64,000 nucleotides of DNA from an uncultured Planctomycetales bacterium. GTDB lineage: Bacteria > Omnitrophota > Gorgyraeia > Zapsychrales > Aceulaceae. Position numbers and translations under genes: made by a program. Where the stretch lies: the NCBI GenBank assembly GCA_964648665.1, contig CAZYOA010000001.1, positions 176,128-240,127 of the forward strand. The letters run 5' to 3'. Below the pieces are notes generated by a model that worked only from the letters and a program-made list of their open reading frames with translations, did no database searches and was not told the origin of the DNA. Each line of letters begins with the position of its first letter. Position 1 is the stretch's first letter. Below, piece by piece: positions 8,601-14,915 of the stretch.

Positions 8601-9517
8601 TTTTAGATAAAGCGCAGATAAGCGGTGAGGATGAACCTGTTATTCGTGCCAAAGGTATCGATGCTTCGACTCCTCTTGGCGTAAATGGCATCAAAGGTGG
8701 TCTCGATTTTAATGCTGAAAACATCAAGAGAAAGGGTTCTAGCGCGCTTGTTAATTTAGAGCTTATTGATGTTTTTTCAACACGTCAAGAACAAAAACAG
8801 GCGGTTCGAGAGATATTAAAAATTGATAAAGAAAATTTTCCAAAATCTCAAAGGTTAAATGAAGCAGAGGTTTTTGATTATATTCGTCAAGAAGGGAAAA
8901 GAGTCCTGATCGCAATAAAAAATAATAAAGTTTTAGGTTTTGCCCTTTATTCTATAGATGCGCTTGGTTTTTCAGAAAAGAGAGAAGCTTATCTTTATAA
9001 AATAGCTTTTTCTAGCAAAAGGCAGGGTTTAGGTGTTGGAAGTCAGTTGATGGATGAGCTCATTGACGAACTTAGAAGAGGTGGAATTGGCGAGCTTACA
9101 TATATTCCTTTCAATAAGGATTCGCTTGAATGGTTTCGAAAAGGATATGTCGAAGAAAGAAAAGATTTAGTTATTGAATCGATGGGCATCGGAGAAAGGA
9201 TTGTTATAAATGAGAAGAACTCGTCTTCAATTTTAAACAAAAAAAATCTTAAAGGCGGTATCGACTTTAACGCTGAGAATATGAACATTATAACTAAAGG
9301 GGATGAAATTGATTTTAATCTTCCATTGGATCTTCAAAATATTAGCTCGAGCAGCATCGAAGGTTTTGTGCCGATTATTATTAATATTACTCCAGTGACA
9401 AATTTTATAGGTCTTTTAGGTCTAGATGATAAAGGCGATGATCTTGTTAATGTGATTAGTCAAAATAATTCGCAACAATTCCACGCCCTTGTTGCTCTTG
9501 ATCTCAAAGATGGTTAA
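2528..9517 (+). CDS. Giant 2,329-aa secreted/membrane multidomain protein of unknown function (signal peptide, internal hydrophobic helix, tandem repeats, SAM-MTase-like and GNAT modules)
   Basis: Uninterrupted 6,990-nt ORF with GGAG 5 nt upstream of the ATG. Domains were read from the translation (see sub-features and findings). Confidence 0.9.
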   Translation: MFKNKSHILIKIIALAVIFFFTATSICPNQALAQVVSGLPVPGTMVSLSPAFTPAILRGIRVYPDNALKFDFIVDSGDTGLKGPELKDVSERLIKYFLTALTIPEDNLWVNLSPHEQDRIIPGSLAVTDMGTDMLSQDYLLKQITASLIYPEDELGKQFWQKIYKKAYEQYGTTNIPVDTFNKVWIMPDKAEVYVKDDRAFVVESKLKVMLEEDYLALENNTESQGARDAESKTDNKLASEIVREIVIPALEKEVNEGKNFAQLRQIYNSLILAYWFKNNLKESIVNKVYSDQQKIKGIDAENVSQDIYKQYLKSFEKGVCDFIKVEYDQYTRKNIPRKYFSGGFTGKLKVGESIEFIEAKTRNGRRAGSNLVAKLKIATIVLVTVGLSIFQQSDVLAQNNDKENAPLSYKDDTEKDYWIKLAKQKSSEVFKRESEFKDAPFREEVLKVAAYIDKAAAIENFKVISGYGWADYGFVEEALKGERWAAYCVLEDPSLLDKFDDKQKSQLLEIAADTSKAAAILFLSNISDFGWVDYDFVKKAVENSDGAAYFSLKDPERFKEFNKEQRNELLLIASKKSPRDAYRFRGFLLRLNNSPFNQDSFKNLVDDNPDLFLSKAFYSEEMSYFNIALKDTPYKEIMDNKTNHLNLTEGQKTSAAVSSIRLCRMLDISFKNLQYFSISVDVILELIDVALEEIIFGKTDAQGKEIHVINIVGWQSRFNKNKLETFEISAGVLEKNIQSFKEGIHLERNAIEAVEKSIGPLRIVYDGHAGRNYLNVWNHLTYQEMGEALIKRGRGNIENVYLLNFSCLSRNFNENLKRYLQKEGYPSPKFDISQASEDALSFGGPRNFLKHIQKQRKANGKEKSPVTFWDILMGETSKVLGKQDPSAFFSISPQKFKEVITEKFQGILSDDQLNKILAKTDKLPNVSVQLMSIFDSLTQGKKGREVILWLILLGIIPEMLKLKSEIELNDDFDVGDISRMRTVLSNIDFVKSNYQNISSYELNGKYFDFDKKDNAPEKLDVLVALAFAQRKTLSVWAMGDNGAKRYSLVEKVEGQEDKFAQLVTFHEDVLVERVKNHKKASSNQAASSKITSTGDIDLNQIIRPVNLNDFDEVLDGKVSQIKIDDNGVLHVAYTPPDTKDLKMLIVSIDSQEKGMLIVEDKSTAKQLLSEKDDNITGFLSNIKYFDYAKKDSSDEILIMKVLQILIDRGYLNLPKGNTYDKFSKNQKTIDSFDPKVTSGQLITSSKMVLLLSNYLKSYSGQDATLEGFVNEINQEFASMAKKLGIQRFDNNTVVNLLEQDEIVNSRKYFSPDAIRIIGRLVAKGILSIKKSLDGTTPMLGGLTFSDVQLDSSEKYLFSFYHPTTGDHYAVNFVPEKGDSKKVNFYIRGVYPTGHVLMGYSEGKFGTKKMNVFGDIPEELVKALKFFQKNIPYFAHLGGSSGFLTDFDRRWKSKDVELAEGTDYLKFSKEKYGNPYAEIKIKYYKGPKARIEFIREESYKWPEVRRELIGKENSLTVQISPKLPNDTKSKGDDIFWKEEYKLHLKNIWKNRRKNYKGKLIDVYARMFDDGILGKTILELGGGNDPVSGGFKDGKIVVLDMGIRKPVDKDYYPKALFVENNVEDFSNLSDVGLEAIKEFLGANEGETKQSIFHLFDTVVISNLFNYVDYRSLVKQVAQTVAPGTKIVIQNHVGFGDPNSFSPDGAKSNKDIVDIFESDDFDIKYIFGFNDERSISSSSGTAILDELQELKELDLKSAKNSKDVLYLVAEKKDRVMSSNKKSTLKGSKKIIDVNSSQTASSVVSSSMNSPDHASFPGTLNIDEFERMTNPEILFHQQINEFFGRGNDFGNFAGQLIAAPARTSRTTHELDLNGSYARKAYLEDTVAEIIDNLFRDQENISSMRTRADISILRGPQGELFFKLVAFQPVVSPGRWQKIVGNSKLSISELNDLKYRTNNNLREGGGRAFRFYAWLTRGAGPDAEPRGKVQKTALEFFRNKSGDMITTFWAEVDRIPNSFNRISMDPEKILDKAQISGEDEPVIRAKGIDASTPLGVNGIKGGLDFNAENIKRKGSSALVNLELIDVFSTRQEQKQAVREILKIDKENFPKSQRLNEAEVFDYIRQEGKRVLIAIKNNKVLGFALYSIDALGFSEKREAYLYKIAFSSKRQGLGVGSQLMDELIDELRRGGIGELTYIPFNKDSLEWFRKGYVEERKDLVIESMGIGERIVINEKNSSSILNKKNLKGGIDFNAENMNIITKGDEIDFNLPLDLQNISSSSIEGFVPIIINITPVTNFIGLLGLDDKGDDLVNVISQNNSQQFHALVALDLKDG
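3659..3700 (+). other. Internal hydrophobic (TM or second signal-like) segment of the giant ORF
   Basis: aa 378-391 IATIVLVTVGLSIF, preceded by RRAGSNLVAKLK and followed by QQSDVLAQ (aa 399). This mimics an n-h-c signal peptide. Confidence 0.6.
3857..4231 (+). repeat. Two tandem ~62-aa protein repeats (plus a degenerate third to about 4390) inside the giant ORF
   Basis: EEVLKVAAYIDKAAAIENFKVISGYGWADYGFVEEALKGERWAAYCVLEDPSLLDKFDDKQKS vs QLLEIAADTSKAAAILFLSNISDFGWVDYDFVKKAVENSDGAAYFSLKDPERFKEFNKEQRN. Confidence 0.75.
7190..7630 (+). other. Class-I SAM-dependent methyltransferase-like module of the giant ORF
   Basis: Motif I-like ILELGGGNDP (aa 1576-1585), then KIVVLDMG (acidic end of beta-2), DTVVISNLFNYV (motif IV-like) and APGTKIVIQN. 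Confidence 0.55.
8765..9175 (+). other. GNAT-family N-acetyltransferase module of the giant ORF
   Basis: YLYKIAFSSKRQGLGVGSQLMDELIDELRRGG matches GNAT motif A (Q/R-x-x-G-x-G/A; RQGLGVG at 9020-9040). Confidence 0.75.
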
Positions 9518-9607
9518 TTAAACCTATCCCACCTTCGAGGTGGACATTGGGCTTGAAACCAATTTAGCCGTTTTAAAAATCATAGATATAGAATTTAAGA
9601 AAAGTTT

Positions 9608-10075
9608 TTATGCTAAGAGCACAAGGAGTAGCTCAAGAGCTTTTTTGCAGGCTTTTGATCGAACTTCAAGACGAGAACCTTTGAAATGACATTGAATACA
9701 AAGGTCTCTTTTTTTAGAACTTGCGGCAATAAACGTAAGGCCAATAGGTTTTTTCTTTGTTGCGCCAGTAGGTCCAGCTATTCCTGTGACGCCAATTCCG
9801 TAGTCGGCATCTATGGCTTTGCGCGCACCATTAGCCATTTTTATAGCAACTTCAGAACTTACTGCACCTTTTGATTTAATAAAATCTGCAGGGATTTTTA
9901 AAAATTTTGTTTTTGCTTGATTTGAATATGCTGTAATACCAGCTTTTAAGAATTTGGAGCTTCCGCTAACATTAATTAAGCGACTTGAAATAAGACCTCC
10001 GGTGCAAGATTCAGCAAGGCAAAGTGTTTTTTTACTGTTGATTAAAATTTTAGCTATTTTTTCTTCGATACGCAT
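9608..10075 (-). CDS. CinA-family protein (nicotinamide-nucleotide amidohydrolase PncC-like domain only)
   Basis: 155 aa; LAESCTGGLISSRL...GSS..F..G...YSN..K, GIGVTGIAGP.G. Confidence 0.8.
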   Translation of the reverse strand: MRIEEKIAKILINSKKTLCLAESCTGGLISSRLINVSGSSKFLKAGITAYSNQAKTKFLKIPADFIKSKGAVSSEVAIKMANGARKAIDADYGIGVTGIAGPTGATKKKPIGLTFIAASSKKRDLCIQCHFKGSRLEVRSKACKKALELLLVLLA

Positions 10076-10120
10076 ATATGTATTATAGACAACTTAAATA
10101 CTCTTGACAATATAAACATC

Positions 10121-10149
10121 TTGAATTTTTTGCCAAAAAGACTTATAAT
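10121..10149 (+). promoter_or_regulatory. Candidate sigma70-type promoter of the rib operon (TTGAAT - 17 nt - TATAAT)
   Basis: TTGAAT at 10121-10126 and TATAAT at 10144-10149, 60 nt upstream of the ribBA ATG. Confidence 0.45.
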
Positions 10150-10208
10150 TCGTTTTATTATTTGGTGTAATATAAATATAGAAATAAATATACAAAGGAC
10201 GGAATAAC

Positions 10209-11423
10209 ATGAGTAATCCAATTGAAGAAATCATCGCGGATCTTAAAGATGGCAAGATGATTATAGTTATTGATGATGAAGGTCGTGAAAATGAAGGAGA
10301 CCTTTTGATCGCTGCAGAATTTGTAAATCCTGATGATATTAATTTTATGGCACGAGAGGCAAGAGGCCTTATTTGCATGCCTATGGAGGGGCGGCGTCTT
10401 GATGAGCTTCGTTTGAATCCAATGGTGCATGCCAATAGCGATTGGCAAGATGAAGGCAATACAGGATGGACAGTTTCTGTTGATGCAGCTAAGAACTCAA
10501 CAACCGGAATCTCTGCAGCAGATCGAGCTCAAACAGTTAAGGTTTTAATTGATCCAAAATCAGATCCACAGGATTTGATTCGACCAGGACATTTATTTCC
10601 GTTGAGAGCTAGAGAGGGAGGCGTGTTGGTTCGTGCAGGTCATACTGAGGCTACTGTTGATTTAATGAAAATTTCAGGACTATATCCGGCTGGCGTTATT
10701 TGCGAGATTATGAAATCTGATGGTACGATGGCGAGAACCACAGAGCTTAAAGAATTTGCAAAAGAGCAGGGATTAAAGATTTGTACAATCGATAGTATCA
10801 TTGAATACCGTCGTAAAAAAGATAAGCTTATTGAGAAATCCGGTGAGGCAGAACTTCCAACAGTTCATGGCGATTTTCGAATGATTGGATACGATTCAAC
10901 TGTTGATGGAACAACTCATATTGCGCTTGTTCACGGTGATATTTCGAGCGATTCTCCAGTTTTGGTTCGCGTTCAATCTGAGTGTTTGACTGGCGATGTT
11001 TTTGGATCAAAGCGATGTGATTGTCGGGAGCAGCTTGACGCGGCATTTAGTGCTATTGAAAAAGAGGGTAATGGCATCGTTCTTTATATGCGTCAAGAAG
11101 GAAGAGGTATTGGCTTGCAAAATAAAATTAAGGCATACCATCTTCAAGATCAAGGCATGGATACGGTTGAGGCTAATGAGGCTTTAGGCTTTGGTGCTGA
11201 TTTACGAGATTATGGCATTGGTGCACAAATTCTTGTTGATTTGAACGTTAAGGAAATTAAGTTGCTAACCAATAATCCTAAGAAAATTGTTGGGCTTGAA
11301 GGTTATGGTTTAAAAGTTGTTGAGCGGGTTCCTATTGTTGTTCAGCATAATGAAAAGAATAAGAAGTATTTAAAAACCAAGAAAGAAAAGTTAGGTCATT
11401 TTCTTGAAACTTTGAGATTCTAA
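10209..11423 (+). CDS. ribBA: Bifunctional 3,4-dihydroxy-2-butanone-4-phosphate synthase / GTP cyclohydrolase II
   Basis: DHBP-synthase half (GRENEGDLL, RAGHTEATVDL) plus GCH-II half (SECLTGDVFGSKRCDCREQL, LYMRQEGRGIGL). Confidence 0.95.
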   Translation: MSNPIEEIIADLKDGKMIIVIDDEGRENEGDLLIAAEFVNPDDINFMAREARGLICMPMEGRRLDELRLNPMVHANSDWQDEGNTGWTVSVDAAKNSTTGISAADRAQTVKVLIDPKSDPQDLIRPGHLFPLRAREGGVLVRAGHTEATVDLMKISGLYPAGVICEIMKSDGTMARTTELKEFAKEQGLKICTIDSIIEYRRKKDKLIEKSGEAELPTVHGDFRMIGYDSTVDGTTHIALVHGDISSDSPVLVRVQSECLTGDVFGSKRCDCREQLDAAFSAIEKEGNGIVLYMRQEGRGIGLQNKIKAYHLQDQGMDTVEANEALGFGADLRDYGIGAQILVDLNVKEIKLLTNNPKKIVGLEGYGLKVVERVPIVVQHNEKNKKYLKTKKEKLGHFLETLRF

Positions 11424-11894
11424 ATGGCAAAAATTATTGAAGGAAATTTAAAAGTAACAAACATTAAGCTTGGAATTGTTGTTTCTCGTTTTAATGATTT
11501 CATAACTTCAAAGCTTCTTGATGGATGCTTAGATAAATTATCTAAACTTGGCGTGAAGTCTTCATCTATTAAGGTTGCTTGGGTTCCAGGGGCATGGGAA
11601 ATTCCTATTGTAGCTCTTAAGTTTGCTAAAAAGAAAGATATTGATGCTGTTATTTGCCTTGGAGCAGTTATCCGAGGTGAGACGCCGCATTTTGATTTTG
11701 TTTCACAGGGGTCTTGTTTTGGTGTTCAGGAAGTTGCTTTATCAACCGGAAAGCCTGCAATTTTAGGAATTTTGACAACAGACACCGTTGATCAGGCATA
11801 CAAGCGATCAAACAAGACGAACAACAAGGGACGCGATGCTGCTTGTGCAGCTGTGGAAATGGTCCAAGTTCTTAAAAAAATAAAGAGCGTATAA
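11424..11894 (+). CDS. ribH: 6,7-dimethyl-8-ribityllumazine synthase
   Basis: VVSRFNDFIT, VPGAWEIP, GAVIRGETPHFDFV. Confidence 0.95.
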   Translation: MAKIIEGNLKVTNIKLGIVVSRFNDFITSKLLDGCLDKLSKLGVKSSSIKVAWVPGAWEIPIVALKFAKKKDIDAVICLGAVIRGETPHFDFVSQGSCFGVQEVALSTGKPAILGILTTDTVDQAYKRSNKTNNKGRDAACAAVEMVQVLKKIKSV

Positions 11895-11924
11895 GCTCTA
11901 GGTCTTTGATTCAATTATTTTAAA

Positions 11925-12350
11925 ATGAGAAAACGAACATTAGCTCGTGAGTTAATTCTAAGAATTCTTTATCAGGCTGATATCAGAAAAGAGCCTATTT
12001 CTGATGTTGTTGGTAATTCTTCTGAATTCTGCGACACAACAGATCCTGAAATTAAAATTTTTTCTAAGACTATCCTCTTCGGTATTGAATCCAATCTAAA
12101 AGAAATTGATCAGAAAATTCTTAAATATGCATCCAATTGGAATTTGAATCGGATGGCATTTATTGATCGAAACATTTTAAGGATTGGTATCTTCGAATTA
12201 CTCTATACAAAAGATATTCCATCTAAAGTTTCCATTAACGAGGCAATTGAACTTGCCAAAAAGTATGGAGATATTGAGTCCAGTAAGTTTGTTAATGGAA
12301 TTCTAGATAAAGCTCATAAAACAAGTTCAGTAGTGAAAGATAAGAAGTGA
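11925..12350 (+). CDS. nusB: Transcription antitermination factor NusB
   Basis: 141 aa; [57 protein letters not shown]. Conserved ribH-nusB pairing. Confidence 0.9.
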   Translation: MRKRTLARELILRILYQADIRKEPISDVVGNSSEFCDTTDPEIKIFSKTILFGIESNLKEIDQKILKYASNWNLNRMAFIDRNILRIGIFELLYTKDIPSKVSINEAIELAKKYGDIESSKFVNGILDKAHKTSSVVKDKK

Positions 12351-13174
12351 TGACTCAATTTGCTGATCTGCACATACACACAAATTATTCGGACAGCAGC
12401 TTAACGCCGAAAGAAGTAGTTTGTGAATCTTTGCGTGTTGGACTTTGCTGTGTTGCGATTACAGATCATGATACGTTAGAAGGTGTTGATTCGGCAAGAG
12501 AAGAGGGTCGAGAAAAGAATATTGAAGTTATTTCTGGAATAGAGTTATCTTCTGAGCTAGATGGTCAGGATATTCATATATTGGGTTATTGCTTAGATCG
12601 TACAAATAAAACTCTTCAAGATAAGATTGACGAGATACAGAATGCCCGTGTTGCACGGATTGAAAAAATGATTGAGAAATTGCGAGGCGTTGGTGTTGAT
12701 AATATTGAGTTAGAAGAAGTTTGTGCTTTAACAAAGACAAAATCTGTTGGTAGGCCGCATTTAGCATTTATTTTAAAAAAGAAGAAATGGGTTTCTTCGA
12801 TTAGGGAAGCCTTTAATCGATTTCTTGCTGCAGGAAAAGTGGCTTATGTTGAGAAATATAAACAAACTCCAAAGCAAGCTGTTGATCTTATTCGTTTATC
12901 TGGTGGAGTTGCCGTTTTAGCGCATCCTATGGCTACGAATCGCGATGAGATCATTCCAGGTCTTGTTAGCGCAGGCTTGCAGGGAATAGAAGTTTATTAT
13001 CCTAATTGTTCAAGATCGGTAATTGAATATTATGAGAATCTTGGGAAGAAATATAATTTAATCCTAACGGGCGGGTCGGATTCTCATGGTGCTGGAAAAG
13101 AAAATACATTTATTGGAAAAGCAAAAGTGCCTTATGAAACTGTTGAACAAATTAAAGCATTAGCTAAGAAATAG
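12347..13174 (+). CDS. PHP-domain phosphoesterase (TrpH/YciV-like)
   Basis: [12 protein letters not shown] (HxH), [18 protein letters not shown]. Overlaps the nusB stop by 4 nt and ends 1 nt before ribD. Confidence 0.8.
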   Translation: MMTQFADLHIHTNYSDSSLTPKEVVCESLRVGLCCVAITDHDTLEGVDSAREEGREKNIEVISGIELSSELDGQDIHILGYCLDRTNKTLQDKIDEIQNARVARIEKMIEKLRGVGVDNIELEEVCALTKTKSVGRPHLAFILKKKKWVSSIREAFNRFLAAGKVAYVEKYKQTPKQAVDLIRLSGGVAVLAHPMATNRDEIIPGLVSAGLQGIEVYYPNCSRSVIEYYENLGKKYNLILTGGSDSHGAGKENTFIGKAKVPYETVEQIKALAKK

Positions 13175-13175
13175 C

Positions 13176-14270
13176 ATGAAACAAGATTTAGATCACATAT
13201 ACATGAAGGTAGCTCTTGATCTTGCGATTATGGCTAAAGGTAAGACTTCGCCGAATCCTATGGTTGGCGCTGTGATTGTTAAGAATAAAAGTATTATTGC
13301 AAAAGGATATCATAAGCGGTGTGGGAGCGATCATGCAGAAATTGTGGCATTAAAAAAGGCGGGTAGCAAAGCTAAAGGCGCAAAGCTTTATGTGACGCTT
13401 GAGCCTTGTGGTCATTTTGGGCGAACACCGCCGTGTGTTGATGCTATTGTTCAAAGCGGTATCAAGGAAGTTGTTATCGCAACCAAAGATCCTAATTTAA
13501 AAAATAACGGAAAATCAATTCAAAAGCTTAAGCGGGCTGGTTTAAAAGTAACCGTTGGCGTTCTTGAAAAAGAAGCGCTTACGATTAATGAGAGTTTTTT
13601 CAAGTGGATGAAGAAAAAAATGCCTTTTGTTATGATTAAATGTGCACAGACTCTTGACGGAAAGATTGCAACGGTAACAGGTCACTCGAAATGGATTACA
13701 AGTAAAGAAGCGCGTAGTTTTACTCATCAATTGCGCAATGAGTTTGATTCTATTTTAGTCGGCATCAACACGGTTATTAAAGATAATCCAAATTTGAACC
13801 CGACTCTTAAAACAAAAATATTAAAGAAGATTGTTATTGATTCGAATTTAAAAGTTTCATTGAGTGCTAATTTATTTAAAAAAACAAATCATAAAAATGT
13901 CTATATTGCGACGACGAAGAATGCGAGTAAAAATAAGATAGGTCAGTTTCAGAAAAAAGGAATTAATGTTTATGTTTGCACGGGCAAAGATGGACGAGTT
14001 GATTTAAAGGAATTCTTTAAGATTTTAGCAAGAAATGAAATTACTAATATTTTGGTTGAAGGTGGGGCTACCGTTGCAGGCAGCATTATTAAAGAAAAAT
14101 TGGCAGACAAGATGATGATTTTGATTGCACCAAAGATTATTGGTGACCAAGATGCAAAATCTTCAATTTCAGGATTAAATATAAAAAACATTAATCGCTC
14201 TTTAAAATTGCGCGATATTTGTTTAAAATGTTTACAAAGTGATCTTTTGGTTCAAGGTTATATTAAATAG
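13176..14270 (+). CDS. ribD: Bifunctional diaminohydroxyphosphoribosylaminopyrimidine deaminase / 5-amino-6-(5-phosphoribosylamino)uracil reductase
   Basis: Deaminase zinc motifs HAEIVAL and LEPCGHFGRTPPC; reductase half KCAQTLDGKIA, EGGATVAG. Confidence 0.9.
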   Translation: MKQDLDHIYMKVALDLAIMAKGKTSPNPMVGAVIVKNKSIIAKGYHKRCGSDHAEIVALKKAGSKAKGAKLYVTLEPCGHFGRTPPCVDAIVQSGIKEVVIATKDPNLKNNGKSIQKLKRAGLKVTVGVLEKEALTINESFFKWMKKKMPFVMIKCAQTLDGKIATVTGHSKWITSKEARSFTHQLRNEFDSILVGINTVIKDNPNLNPTLKTKILKKIVIDSNLKVSLSANLFKKTNHKNVYIATTKNASKNKIGQFQKKGINVYVCTGKDGRVDLKEFFKILARNEITNILVEGGATVAGSIIKEKLADKMMILIAPKIIGDQDAKSSISGLNIKNINRSLKLRDICLKCLQSDLLVQGYIK

Positions 14271-14292
14271 ATTTTAGAAGAGAGGAAGCAAG

Positions 14293-14904
14293 ATGTTTTC
14301 AGGAATTGTTGAAGAAAAAGGTATTGTTCAGAAAATAGAAAGAAAAGAAAATCTAATTGTTTTATCTATAAAAGCTAAGAAGGTTTTAAAAGGTATCAAA
14401 ATTGGAGATAGTATTTCTGTCGATGGTGTTTGTTTAACTGTGACAAAGCGCAGAGATGATGTTTTTACTTTTGATTTAATGAAAGAAACAATGGATGCGA
14501 CAACATTGAATTATTTAAAGCCTAAAAGCAAAGTTAATCTTGAAGGTGCTCTTCGTGTTAATGATCGGCTTGGTGGTCATTTTGTTTCTGGACATGTTGA
14601 TGGTGTTGGGGTGATTAAGAAAAGAATATCTTTGGTTAATTATGAAGAGTTTCAAGTTGTGATTTCAAAAAGTCTTGCACGATATTTAGCGCCAAAAGGA
14701 TCAGCATGTATTGACGGTATTAGTCTTACGCTTGGAAAAGTTAAAGGGAATCAGTTTTCGGTTTATATTATTCCGCATACGCTTAAAGTAACAACTCTTG
14801 GATCTAAAAAGACTGGTGATAAGGTTAATGTTGAAACAGATCTTTTAGCAAAATATATTTTGTCGGCACGTGAACAAGATTTAATTCTTCAGAAAAAAGG
14901 TTAA
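14293..14904 (+). CDS. ribE: Riboflavin synthase (alpha chain)
   Basis: MFSGIVE start and two lumazine-binding repeats (GDSISVDGVCLTV; GSACIDGISLTL). Confidence 0.9.
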   Translation: MFSGIVEEKGIVQKIERKENLIVLSIKAKKVLKGIKIGDSISVDGVCLTVTKRRDDVFTFDLMKETMDATTLNYLKPKSKVNLEGALRVNDRLGGHFVSGHVDGVGVIKKRISLVNYEEFQVVISKSLARYLAPKGSACIDGISLTLGKVKGNQFSVYIIPHTLKVTTLGSKKTGDKVNVETDLLAKYILSAREQDLILQKKG

Positions 14905-14915
14905 AAATAATTGCG

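Noticed and set aside
2713-9288. Several 60-100-aa antisense or off-frame ORFs inside the giant gene (e.g. 2713-2916, 3140-3325, 7594-7902, 8482-8727, 9043-9288)
   Set aside because: All are fully nested in a long ORF with coherent protein features. Their translations are Ser/Leu/Phe-rich, mirror-frame artefacts without start signals.
9529-9543. Hairpin CCACCT-tcg-AGGTGG between the convergent giant ORF and cinA as a bidirectional terminator
   Set aside because: The stem is only 6 bp with a 3-nt loop, and there is no flanking T- or A-tract on either strand. It may exist but is too weak to call.
10150-10208. Looked for an FMN (RFN) riboswitch in front of the rib operon
   Set aside because: Only about 60 nt separate the candidate -10 from the ribBA ATG. 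That stretch is almost pure A/T and has none of the conserved GC-rich RFN helices, so it is too short and featureless.
10094-10459. Minus-strand ORFs (121 and 96 aa) overlapping the ribBA start
   Set aside because: They overlap a confidently identified ribBA and the promoter region, and their translations show no motifs.
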